A DNA stretch of 64,000 nt from Octopus sinensis. Taxonomy: Eukaryota. The translations under genes were made by a program, and so were the position numbers. Positions 35,460 to 47,770 of the stretch are shown here, in pieces. The notes beneath the pieces are model-generated. The model did no database searches. It was not told the origin of the DNA and worked only from the letters and a program-made list of their open reading frames with translations. Location of the stretch: the NCBI RefSeq assembly GCF_006345805.1, contig NC_043011.1, forward strand, positions 12,161,022 to 12,225,021, given 5' to 3'. Within the stretch, counting starts at the first letter, position 1. Every line of letters begins with the position of its first letter.

Positions 35460-37020
35460 CTTCTATGTATATGAAGAGTTTTCCTCTGTATAATGACTTG
35501 ACGGGTCTGTATGACTTGATCTTGAAAGAGTGTAATTCCAGATATAAGCATGAAAGCAAAAATGCTTTAGTAGAGATTAATGATAGTCATCTAGATATCA
35601 TCTCTAGTTTGTCTCTTGAAGAACTATAAGTTTGATATTTTATCAAAACCTTCGATTAGATTAATCTGCCCAAGTCCAATTTGGGCAGAATTAGTAAATA
35701 TATTATCGATTGGATTATTCCCATCATGAGGGATAAGATTCAGCTTCCCTTGTGGAATTTTACTGGAGACGTTATCCTATGATTTAACTCCCTTACTGAT
35801 AGGCCTAATTTAGACTTTATCCAATTTGATATATCAAATTATTACATTTCCATATCCCCTATATTGCTAAATAGGGCTTTAATTTTTGCTCGGAAATTTG
35901 CGAATATCCCTAGTTCGGATATTGATTTAATTTTAGTAGCAAGGGTGACCCTCATCCTTTTCAATGAGCGTAATTGGCAGAGGGCTGATTCCACCAATTT
36001 CTTTGATATTACTATGGGGTCATTGGATTCAGCACAGGTGACCAATTTAGTGGACCTGTACCTGAGTGGCCCTCATGCCAGTGGCACGTTAAAGCACCCA
36101 CTACACTCTTGGAGTGGTTGGCATTAGGAAGGGCATCCAGCTGTAGAAACTCTGCCAGATCAGATTGGAGCCTGTTGCAGCCATCTGGTTTGCCAGTCCT
36201 CAGTCAAATTGTCCAACCCATGCCAGCATGGAAAGTGGACGTTAAACAATGATGATGATGATGATTAACTCTTTCAGTAATCATTTTAAGACTGTTACAA
36301 GGAACTGAGTTAGGAATATTTCACTTAGACTTTGCCAATGTTGATATCTTCAACAATAAAGCTGAATTTTATAACTCTGCCTTACTTAAAACAGGCTATA
36401 AAAAAAATTACCTATAATAATCCTATTGACATTAATTCTACCTCTATTAATCAGGACATGAAATCCAGTCATAATGATAATAACAATTTAAATTTTTGTT
36501 TGAATAACAACAATAAATTGAGTAATGTAATTCTGCAGCGTAAGGCAGATAACTGTCCTTTAAGACCCTTTTTTGTTATAAAGGTACATCTAGGATTTTT
36601 AAAGATAATTACCCTAATAACAAGGTATGTCCTAGCAAAACTTTTTGGTTGATAATTCCATATGGTAAGCAAATCAAATCCAACCTCCCTTACCAGTTTC
36701 ATGAAGCTATAGATAAGAATTTCCCCAAAAATTCAAGATACTATTCCATTATAAGTTCACACCAAATCAGGATAGGGTTTTCAAACACCAAAAACTTTTC
36801 ACAAATCATCTCTTCACATAACAATAAGTTATTAAATACAAATCCACTTAATGAAAATAATAACATTGATATTATTAACACTAGTCGTTCTTTGAACAAT
36901 GATAGCAACAATATTAGTATTTCTGATATAAATTCCAATCACATTTGTTACCTTAGCAGTAATTCTAAGACTAGAAACTCTGTTTATCAATGTAAAATTA
37001 CTTCTGGCTGTGATGTCTTT
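35460..37020 (+). mobile_element. Penelope-like retroelement (RT to start of GIY-YIG), degraded; a SINE is inserted at ~36060-36262
   Basis: LLNRALIFARKF...FDITMGSLDSAQVTNLVDLYL (PLE RT motif), WLIIPYGKQIKSNL...AIDKNFPKNSRYY...IISSHNNKLL, and NSVYQCKIT. Confidence 0.8.
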
Positions 37021-37739
37021 TTTTTTACATAGGTAGTTATTCTTTCTCAGTTGTCCAAAAAGAATATTTAACCATTTCTCTACATTTAGACATATCAATA
37101 AATGTAACAGTACTGGGCTTAGTAAATTAATTTGGTCTCTAAAGGAACATAATAAACAATTTGATTTGGAATGAATATTCTATCTTTGTCCTTTCTTTAT
37201 GATAAAGGTAAATCTTTTTGTTTGCTCTGTAACAATGAACAGAGAATACTGTTGTAAACACATTTAAAGAACGCGTTTATTGTTGCAAAAACATACCTTT
37301 AGTTCCTATAAGTGATTTCTACCAATCTATAAAATTCGATCTTTAACTGTCTTTTTACATTTCACTTCCACTAAATATATCTATTTCCGCACCATTAATC
37401 TTTATTCCTATTCATTTATCACTATATTTCTCTACTTTTAGTTTTTTTTGATAATTTCTTTCTTCCTCCTCCTTCTCTTTCTATAAATTGCTTTTGATGT
37501 TATATCTATTAAGTTTTTTTTTAAAAATGACTTACCAGCATTCCCTTCATCATATATGCAGTAATCATATTTGGTTAAAATGTCTTATTGATGCATTTTG
37601 TTTCTCATTGTTTTTCCTGGTGAGAAGATTGCATTGTTTTACATCATTTTATTCCTTCTGCAATAATACCAATGTTTTCTTGAAACATATGTAGGAAGTA
37701 TAAAGATTTGAATAACACTTGTGTATAACTCCATTTATT

Positions 37740-37794
<55 letters not shown>

Positions 37795-37799
37795 TGTAT

Positions 37800-37899
37800 N
37801 NNNNNNNNNNNNNNNNNNNNNNNNNNNNNNNNNNNNNNNNNNNNNNNNNNNNNNNNNNNNNNNNNNNNNNNNNNNNNNNNNNNNNNNNNNNNNNNNNNN
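37800..37899. other. Assembly gap (100 N placeholder) next to a (TA)n tract
   Basis: Exactly 100 N. Confidence 1.
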
Positions 37900-38199
37900 C
37901 TACCATCAAGGGATGTCGAAAGATCGATCTTCGTACTTATTTTAAGTCTTGTACTAAATTCTATCAAACACCTTTTCGAACCGCTAGGTTGTCAAGTGGT
38001 GGGGGAACACAGGCACAAAAAACATGCAGACACACACACACACACATGATGGGCTGGTGAAAATTTCCTAAATTCCTGGCTTTGGCTAAGAGAAAATACT
38101 GGAGGATCAGTTAATTATGATTTTATTCAGCTTATTCTCCTCTCAGATTCACACACTTATCGCAGTGGTCCTTCAGTTTTTCTAAGCTCTGCAAAAGAC

Positions 38200-38551
38200 A
38201 TCGGAACGTTGGGTCTCTAACTATGCCTTCGCGACGCCCTTGAAGTCGAGAGTTTTCACTCTTTGAATTTTTGTGCCTTGTTCAAATCTGCATTGCCGTT
38301 AGTAATTTTTTTAGAGAACTCCCTCACAAATGCACATTGCACAGTCTTATTCGACTGTGTTCGAACATACTCTAACACACAAAACGCCTTTTCTCTTCCA
38401 GTGAATGCCGTTTCTATACCTGAAAAGATAAACTTATCAAACATTAAGCATGAAACTTTTACCTGTTTCTACAAATGCTGTGAGAATGTGAAGTCATTTG
38501 AACAAGAACTGACAAAGTTATTAGATTGCAAAATGATATCAAATTTTTTGA
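38200..38551 (-). mobile_element. Tc1/mariner-superfamily fragment with N-terminal HTH (DUF4817-like)
   Basis: TA-CAGGGTGTTTCAAAAAA terminus at ~38551 and FTGREKAFCVLEYVRTQSNKTVQCAFVREFSKK. Confidence 0.7.
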
Positions 38552-38590
38552 AACACCCTGTATGTATGTATGTATGTATGTATGTATGTG

Positions 38591-38628
<38 letters not shown>

Positions 38629-40425
38629 TATTTGTAAAAAATGAAGTTCGAAAATGCTGCTATATTATACAATTTTTAATTTTTATATCAAATGTGAGGA
38701 TAAAATTCTTTTCGAAAAAAATATTCTCTCGAAAAACATTTTTTATCAATGGCCAGCATATTAAAAATACCTTTAACGGTTAAATTTATAAACAATTCAT
38801 AAATGAGGCAAAGGAAAAAATTTCTAATCTAATGCCAAATATGCCGAAAAGTTGGTAATGGACAATATGTCCAATTTTTCGGCATATTTGGCATTAGAAA
38901 TTTTTTCCTTTGCCCTCATTTATGAATTATATATATATACACACACATACACGTACACAAGTATATACTATGGGCTTCACACGATTTCCGTTTGCCAAAT
39001 TTCCACTCAAGACATTAGTCGCCCCGTGGCTAAAGTAGAAGGTATTTGCCCTAGGCGCTACACAGTAGCATTGAACCCGAAACCATACACTTGTAAATCG
39101 AGCTTCTAACCACACAGCTATGCCTGCGTCTGAGTATGCAGGAGAAAAAGAAAGAACCGAATGCAGGCGGAAAAGAAAGCACTTCAGTCCATCAGTTTGA
39201 ATGCACCGAGTCGGACAATGATAGATAATTCTAATAAAACAACTAGATTCCAGTTTCAATTTTTAAACCAGCCCCCTTTTTTTGTATTATTTTTTTCTAT
39301 CGCTGAAACGTATAACTAACAACATCGTTTTATGAATGGGAGATATTCCAATGACCACCTGAGTGTACCCAGATGAAAGGATTTAATAAAAAGAAATAAT
39401 AGAATACCGTTATGGATGGGTGGCTTTATGGTATGGCTTTGTGTTCTATCAACTAGTTTCGTATGGGGGAAAATGTCATTTAGAATGAAGGCGGAGTTGG
39501 TGGAAACGGTTGTGGTGATGACGATGACGATGGTGATGGTGATGGGGATGTTAATATTGTTGGGGCTGGAGGAAATTGATAGTGATATGCTTGATATTCT
39601 GTAGTGTAAGAGCGGTGTGGTGTGATATAACATACAGCTACAGCAGGATGTAAATGTGGGACAAATAAATAAAAACTTGAAATGGATAGGAAGACGGCTA
39701 AAAATAATGTAGGCTATTTTCCATTAGTTGTAAATATGTTTTTAACGGCTCTTTGGCTTAATACTTAAATCGAATTCTTCAAAATCTTTTAGTATCAACG
39801 TTACGTGTTTTTTTGTGATCATAAAATCTGGTCGTGCCTGATGAAACTGAGGTAGCAAAAAGACGTGAGAGAAATAAAAAGAAATAGAAATATATATGTA
39901 TGTATATATATATAATAAAAATAAAGAATAAAGAAAAATATTATATCTGTAAGCACTTGATAAATGAACGATGACTGTCTACAGTATAACTTTGGAATAT
40001 CAACGACTAATGAGGCTCGGAAAGCACTTAAAGGGACATTAGCAATGACTTTTGAATAATTCTTAACAATTGCTAAAAACACCCACCGTGACTACTTTGC
40101 TCAAAGAATATTTGGATAGATTGCAGAAACGTCTAAGAAAGCTAAAAGCGTGTTAAATATTCTTCAAGAGTGAGAGAGAGAGAGAGGTGAAGAAAGAAGA
40201 ATGAACAACAACAAAAAGAGAAACAAAAAAAATAGAAAACAGAAGAAATAGCGGCATCAAGGTGGAAGAAGCTGTTTTTCTTGGCACAAACTTTTTAACA
40301 GAGTTAACTTTTTCATACCCGAGAAGTCTTTTGTGACTAAACATTAAAAGACTTCAATGCTTCGGCATGGTTACGTGTAAGTTTAACACGCCCGGTTTTC
40401 CTTTCATCTTAAAAGCCGCGAAGCT

Positions 40426-40477
40426 ATGGAGAGATGCATAGGCCATAAGGCTGTGGTTACGGTGCAGCAAGTTCAGG
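40426..40477 (+). CDS. Post1: Proposed first coding exon of Post1 (MERCIGHKAVVTVQQVQ plus 1 nt)
   Basis: ATG in strong context (GCTATGG) with in-frame upstream stops (40378, 40384). Donor CAGG|GTAAAG is phase 1, matching the phase-1 acceptor at 46392 (junction codon GAT, reading ...[14 protein letters not shown]...). Inferred from splice geometry only. Confidence 0.55.
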
Positions 40478-40479
40478 GT

Positions 40480-40489
40480 AAAGGAATAC

Positions 40490-40537
<48 letters not shown>

Positions 40538-40848
40538 TTGATGTATGTATGTATGTATGTATGATACATATATCCTGTTGTGTGTATTCATATATGTATG
40601 CATGTATATATATATATATATTATTATATCTGTGTGTGTATTCATATATGTATGCATGTATATATGTTATATATACATATACATATATATTTATATATAT
40701 TTGTATATAATACATACATAAATATGTATGCATACACACAGACATATATAGAGGTAAATATATATACATATATATACATACATATACATACGTATATATA
40801 TATATATATGATATAGATAGATAGATAGATAGATATATGTAATATATC

Positions 40849-40879
<31 letters not shown>

Positions 40880-41363
40880 CTATATATATATATATATATA
40901 TCAACCCTACATATGTATATATTATTCACATACACAACATTGCTATGTTTATTCTGATGGAGACTTTCTTACTGTGTCATGCACAAAGGAAATGATGTCC
41001 AGCAATACATAGCAGAACATACAATTCAAAGATTTCGTCTCATGGTCTGATGAATCTTATTGTCCATTAGAATTTCTTGGGCCTCTTTCTTAATATATGT
41101 TTTTTTTTTTTACCTCACACTCCTTCGCTCCCTCCGCTTTCCTCTCTCTCTCCTATCTCCTCCCTAACTATCTCTCTGTCTCTCTTCTCTCGCTCGCTCG
41201 CTCCTCTTGTGTCTCTCTCTCTCTCTCTCTCTCTCTCGTTTCTTCTTTTTTTTTTTGCTATGAATCTTTACACTTCAAAAATACGACTTACCTTCATCTT
41301 TCTCTATTGATCTTTCTGTAAGTGTGTATATATTTTTTTCTCTTTCCTGGAGTGTTTTTTTCA

Positions 41364-41405
<42 letters not shown>

Positions 41406-41610
41406 ACTTATTTATATACACACACACACATAATTACATATATATATATATTAGTGTTTAGGCTGTTTCTATAACAGTGAAGCTGAAAACGACACTCTCT
41501 ACTAAAACAAAACAAAACAAACATAAACAAAAAGTGTAAATCTTGAGTCACAACATAATTTTATTGCCTTTTTTTTCTTCCTCCCCCACTTTTCCTTCTA
41601 CTTCACTCAC

Positions 41611-41658
<48 letters not shown>

Positions 41659-41890
41659 GTTCTCTTACAATCTTGGAATCAGTGAAAATGGCAAAAAGAT
41701 ATGTATGATAAGGAAGTAAAAGTAATTGATAGGCAGTCATCCGTGTTACACACAAGTCACATTTATTACATTACTATCCGACTTTACTTTAGATTCAAAA
41801 ATTAACTCAGATTATTGTTGTTGTTATTATTAATATTATTGATATTATTATTAATATTATTATTATCGTTATTATTATTATTATTATTAC

Positions 41891-41921
<31 letters not shown>

Positions 41922-42606
41922 GCAATCATCATCAGCATTATTATTATTATTATTATTATAGAATTTTTTTTTTTATTTTTCGAGTTTAGTTTAAATGTCT
42001 GTTTGCATGTTTCTGTTTGAAGACAGTTATCAACGAAACAAACTGAGAGAAATCAATTTTCTCTGAGTGTGTGTGTGTGTGCGTGTGTGTGTGTGTGTCG
42101 TTTGTGTGTGTGTGTGTGCGTCTGATGTTTATGTTTATATGTATGTGTTGTGTATGTGTGTTTTGTTTTGTCTTATTAACTTATTAATTGAATTTTTTCT
42201 ATATTTTTTATTTTTTTTTTTTTTACAAATAACTGAAAAAATATCATTTCAATTCTGAAAGCATCTTATTTATATTTATATATTAGTTACTTGTTACTGT
42301 GATTTGTTTGTTTGTGTATATATGTGTAAGTGAGCAAGTATGTATGTGTGTGTGTGTGTGTGTGCGCGTGCGTGTGTTGAATGTGGGTGTATTTTTCTTA
42401 TATCTCTTAGTTATCTGGCTACATATCTTTTATATAACACATTTTATTTATTTATTTATTTGTTTATTTATTTATTTATATAAATGTATTTACATACATG
42501 TACATATACATATGTACATACATAGATATACAATATATGTATTTGTATAAAGAAAGATACAGATATGTGTATGCGTGTATACGCACATACACACGAACCC
42601 CTACAC

Positions 42607-42659
<53 letters not shown>

Positions 42660-42699
42660 ATATATATTATATTCTTCATACATGATATATATATATATC

Positions 42700-42737
<38 letters not shown>

Positions 42738-42850
42738 TATATACGTATATACATATGTGTATTTAATTATACATATTTATAAATATCTAATTATACGTAT
42801 GTATTTGCAGATATATATACATATGCATATATATATACATATTCACTCAT
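40480..42850. repeat. Dense (TA)n/(CA)n/(GA)n/(TTA)n microsatellite block at the start of the Post1 intron (similar blocks at 44200-44320, 60915-60987, 62100-62900)
   Basis: Directly visible simple repeats; they explain the many poly-IY and poly-CV ORFs. Confidence 0.95.
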
Positions 42851-44222
42851 GCATTTTGCTCATATACTTCGCACACACACACACACACACACGCCCGCGT
42901 CTCTGTACTATGTATATATGTATAAGAGATCTTTGAAATCGATGTCAGTTTTTTTTTCTTGTGTGTGGATGAGGATTTTTTATTTATCTTCATTATATGA
43001 TTTTTTTTTTCTTTCTTGCCAAACGCACAACACACAACACACGGTCATACAGCATACAGAATAAGAGAGAGATAAAAAAAAAAAGTAAGAAAAGGAGAGT
43101 GTGAGAAAGGGAGAGTGTGAGAAACTGAGAGAGTGAGTGAGAGAGAGAGAGAGAAGGCTGTGGTATTTAACACAAACACACTTGTACTGCTCTCATTGAT
43201 GTAAAGAGACCTTTCAAAACAGCATTAACTTCGCTTCAACTATACACTTCAACAGAATGATTTCTTCTTTCACACATCTTACACATTTCATTTACAATTT
43301 CTTATTTTCTTCTCTTTCTCCTTCTTCTTTTTCTTTCTTTATTTGTTTTGTAATTGTTGTTGACATCATTGAAACAGTAATATTGCGCTAGCTGTTCTTT
43401 CTTGTTTTTCTTTTTCTTTTTCTCTTTTTGCTTCTTTCTGGTTTACATTTTACCTTGATTTCTGTTTTTTTCTTTTTAACGTTTCGTCTTCTCTTGTCAT
43501 ATTTTTTTTTCTTCCTGAACTTTCTTGTCTCCTCGGTTGTTGCTGTTTTTTTTTTTTTTTTTTTTTTGTCATTCCTTCTTAAACTTTTTACAGTCGCTTG
43601 CACCTCTCCTTTTACTAATGGCATTGATATGTTTCTGTCCAAATAGACAGTCAAAACGTTCGCCTCCTTTCATCGCAAAAGCTTTGCTGTCAAATACAGA
43701 TATTATTAGGGGCTTCTTGCAATAAATGCAAAGGATGTGATCTTGGTTGAGAAAGTGGTGACGGTGGATAGTAGGGCTTGCGGTGGCGGTGGGGGAATCT
43801 CTTGAGTAAATTTAGTGGGTGTTTCTTTTTATAACTCTTCTAAGTAGTATCAATAACACACTCTCTCACCTCCTTCCACGCCCACCCCTATAAACACATC
43901 TGACCAACACCTAAGAACCTCTTAGTGTTATACAGATCAGATTCATGGTTTAGACGAAGTTAGATTTAAATCTTAGAAACGATTCTGTTTCAAGACGTTT
44001 CCATTAAGTTTTTCACCATTATTCGCACGCACGTATATTCGTGCACACATACGCACACACTTACATATACGCACACACACACATACACAAACAAACAATC
44101 AAACAACATACTTATTTATTGTGATTATATGTATCATGATAACTGCGTATTTATGTAGTTTTTTTTTACTGCAATTTTTCTTCTAACTGGGATACTTTAC
44201 ATACTTAAAGGGATATATATAT

Positions 44223-44316
<94 letters not shown>

Positions 44317-44463
44317 TATAAAATAATATGTTACATTACTCAATACTCAAGATAAAGCTCTGAGTTTCAGATGCCGAAGTGGAAATCCACAACACCATCT
44401 CTTCGGCATCTGAAACTCAGAGTTTTATCTTGACTATTGAGTAATGTAACATATTATTTTATA
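44317..44463. repeat. Near-perfect hairpin, ~63-bp arms and 21-nt loop, in the Post1 intron
   Basis: 44317-44379 is the reverse complement of 44401-44463 apart from one mismatch and one G-U pair. Confidence 0.92.
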
Positions 44464-44901
44464 CATAAATTTCCTCTATTTACATAATATTGAGGTCTCT
44501 TTCTTTCTTTTGTTATCTTACCGTTTTTATCAATATATATATATATATATATATACAGAGAGAGAGAGACAAACAGACAGATAGGGAGAGATATACAAAG
44601 AGACGTGTATGTATATAACGAATTTATGTATACATACATACGTGCGCACGTGTATGTTTGTGTGTGTTTGTGCATGCGCACATGCAGTGAAAGGAACCTT
44701 TCGAGTTTCTCCCATGTCCCTTTACGTTCTGAGATCAAATCGCCGCATGCTTCCTCTTTTGTTTCTCCAAGGTCAATAGAATACACAAGATTAATTATTC
44801 CGAAGAAATCAACTGTACACCTCAATCACAGAGACATTTGTTAACGGATGCTAATACGAAATGTGTAATAATACGAAAGAAATTATTATTATTATTATTA
44901 T

Positions 44902-44960
<59 letters not shown>

Positions 44961-45654
44961 TTTGCTTATCAGAGTCTATAATGACGTTTGACTGCCCCCC
45001 TCCTCCCCACCGTCTCCTTCTGTCTGGCAACTATGACGAAAGAAGTTGTTTAGTGGACATGACAGAACTTTTCATACCAGGCCAAACAGTCAGCAACTTC
45101 TTCAAGTACCACTTGAGCAGGAACGTGTGAGTAGAGAGGAAGGTACTGTTCCCTAGTAATTTTTATGTGAGCTGGGTGAAACTGACAAAACTCACATGGC
45201 TAGACGGCCGTAGTCTAACTATAACGCCAGCGTATAAAACTAGAGGCCACTTGTGCTGGTATGTACCGTGTGTCTCGAATCACTCTGTGTGGTTGCATCT
45301 TCTCCATTTTGAAGGTATCCATTCTTGGCCTTAGTTTGCTTCTTGATACTGTCATCGCTGTTTATATTTGTGAGGGCGCGTAGCCTAGTGGTTAGGACCT
45401 GTTTCGAGTCCAGAGCAATGCATTTGCTACTAGGCAAAACACTTCATTTCACTTCGACATCTGACATATACTTCACTGCGTACCTGTACAGACAATGTCG
45501 ATTTGATAGAGGGAGCGAACTAAAATAAACATTTGACCACTATACCCAAATAATCTGTGTAGGTTGCTCAGCAGAAACCTCACTTGTCGTCCACGACAGG
45601 CGAGCCCACGAGATTTATAATTGCCCAAGTAGTATAGATCTTTACAATCTAGGC

Positions 45655-45904
45655 CAGTGGTTTACAACCGGGTTCCATATGACCACTGGGGATCCATATA
45701 AGATTTTGTTGTTAAAATTTATGTACAATAAATTGGTTGTACTTCTACAATACACAAAATTTTGTTTTCTTCATACAATTCTTAATATTTAATTATGTAA
45801 ATACAAAATAGGATTTTTTTTTAATGTTGAATGGTTATAAGGGTCCAACTGAATAAAATAGGCATCATAGGGGTCCATAAGCAAAAAACGGCTGAGTACC
45901 ACTA
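45655..45904. mobile_element. hAT-type MITE
   Basis: Termini CAGTGGTTTACAACC and GGCTGAGTACCACTA; degenerate 8-bp TSD ATCTAGGC / ATCAAAGC. Confidence 0.7.
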
Positions 45905-46039
45905 ATCAAAGCAATTAACTCTGTAGCATTTCATGCGAGTATTTGGCCAACAGCGTACTCAAAAGGAATACAACAATATCTTTAGCCATCAACAAATCCA
46001 TAAAAATAAATAATACAATATTATTTATACTCTAGGAAC

Positions 46040-46205
46040 AAGGCCCTGAAAATTTTGGGGAAGGGGACTAGTCGATTACATCGACCCCAGTGTTTCACTG
46101 GTACTTAATTTATCGACTCCGAAAAGATAAAAGACAAAGTCGACCTCGGCGGAATTTGAACTCAAAACGTAAAGACGACAAAATACGGTTAAGCATTTCG
46201 CCCTG
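46040..46205 (+). mobile_element. SINE fragment ~190 bp upstream of the homeobox exon
   Basis: GTCGATTACATCGACCCCAG...AAAGTCGACCTCGGCGGAATTTGAACTC module, as at 10725. Confidence 0.75.
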
Positions 46206-46392
46206 TTGCCAGGAATTGTTTATAAAAAGCGCCTTGGGACAATAAAAGAAACCTTATTATTATTATTATTGTTGCTGTTGTTATAATATTATTATTAATG
46301 TTATCATTACCATAATTGCTATTATAACTTATTCTATTTAATTATTCAGTCATTGATTGATTGATTGATTGATCTGTTTTTTCTTCTTGCAG

Positions 46393-46664
46393 ATCTACAA
46401 CAAGCAATCCATCTACCGTCAGCTCTGCCGCCGTCAGCGATCGCTCTACGGAAACGTCGAAGACCATATTCCAAGTACCAAATCGCCGAGCTAGAAAGAG
46501 AGTACGCTATCTCCACCTACATCTCAAAGTCACGCCGCTGGGAATTATCACAACTGCTTAACTTAAGTGAACGACAGATCAAAATTTGGTTCCAGAATCG
46601 CCGAATAAAGGCGAAAAAGTTGCAAAAACGGGATGAGACTTTAAAAGGTCAATCTTCGAATTGA
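46393..46664 (+). CDS. Post1: Posterior Hox gene Post1 (lophotrochozoan Abd-B class), terminal homeobox exon; homeodomain 46446-46625
   Basis: [79 protein letters not shown] and RWELSQ are Post1-diagnostic (Post2 has PYTRYQTMVLENEF). Acceptor TTTTTTCTTCTTGCAG ends at 46392; stop TGA at 46662-46664. Confidence 0.95.
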
Positions 46665-47097
46665 TGTCAAATAACATCCTGTGTGGTTAATAAACACAAT
46701 GATTTTGGTGATGTAGAAGTTGTGAGAGAGAGGGAAAGAGAGAGAGAGAGTGAGGGAGGGAGGGAGGGAGGGAGAGAGAGAGAAAGTGGAAGGGAGATAG
46801 AGTGTCAATGAGAAAAAAAAAAAAAAAAAAATGACGAGCGGAGGAAGAAGAAGAAAAATAATGTTGGTTGTTAATGATTACGTTAGTATGTATGAAGGAA
46901 GTCAGTAAAAACACAAAACAAACAAAAAGAGACAAACGGAAATTGAAAAAAAAAAAAATAATAAAATAAAATAAAATTATAAAATTAAAAAAAAAAAAAC
47001 GAAAAACAACACTATCCTCCAACAACAGTAACAACAATAAAAACAATACGAACAAATGACTATGATAATATTATTAATATGAATAATAATGATAATA

Positions 47098-47128
<31 letters not shown>

Positions 47129-47233
47129 AATAATAATAATCATAATAAATACAAAGAAAGAGAGAAAGAAATTTTAAAAGGAAAAAATATATAAACATTT
47201 GTGTCCTTTTTTCGTACTTTGATTGTTTTATTG

Positions 47234-47285
<52 letters not shown>

Positions 47286-47770
47286 TCTCTTATTTTCTTT
47301 TTGTTATTGACCACATGATCAGTGGTCATCATCGTCATCGTCACCGTCAGCACAACCTCCACGTGCATCATCATCACCGCCGTCGTCGTGGTCGTGGTCG
47401 TCGTCGTCGTCATCTTCGTTGTCATCGTTATCATCATCATCATCATTATCATTATCACTACCACCACCGCCACCATCTTAGTTTTCATCATCACCACCAA
47501 CACAATCATCATCATCATCATCATCCTCACCACTACAACTAACGCCACTATTTACTTTCACCATCATCATCATCACCATCATCATCATCATCGTCGTCGT
47601 CGTCGTCATAAGTAGCACCACCGCCACCGTCATTACTAATAGCATTAATTTCTTCGAAAGATTACTGAAATTATCATCATTACCTTTACCATCATCATCA
47701 TCATCTTAGTCATAATTAACATTGTTGTTGTCGTTGTTGTGGTCGTCGTTGTCCTCGTCATCATCTATGT
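46665..47770 (+). repeat. Post1 3' region: AATAAA at 46689, then (GA)n, (A)n, (AAT)n, (TTA)n and (CAT/CGT/CAC)n tracts
   Basis: Simple repeats are directly visible; which polyadenylation site is used cannot be determined. Confidence 0.7.

Noticed and set aside
39470-39640. Minus-strand Pro/Ser/Tyr-rich reading (…YQAYHYQFPPAPTILTSPSPSPSSSSSPQPFPPTPPSF*) resembling a transcription-factor tail
   Set aside because: Explained by a decayed (GAT/GGT)n trinucleotide tract; no start codon or linked exon. Would be revisited only if antisense spliced reads exist.
40457-43064. Numerous 60-120-aa ORFs of IY/CV/HT repeats (also 62032-62898)
   Set aside because: Dinucleotide microsatellite translations.
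44981-45148. Alternative Post1 upstream exon candidates (ORF MTFDCPPPP…; donors GTGAGT at 45127 and GTACTG at 45143)
   Set aside because: The GTGAGT donor is out of phase with the homeobox. The phase-compatible frame has a stop at ~45034 and no ATG or good acceptor. The segment follows a (TAG)n tract, typical of an antisense LINE 3' end.
46365-46392. TTG start of the listed 99-aa homeobox ORF
   Set aside because: These codons are the intronic polypyrimidine tract and acceptor (MIDLFFLLA); not a real start.
47201-47615. His/Arg-rich and poly-Ile/Val ORFs downstream of Post1
   Set aside because: Translations of (CAT/CGT/CAC/TTA)n microsatellites.
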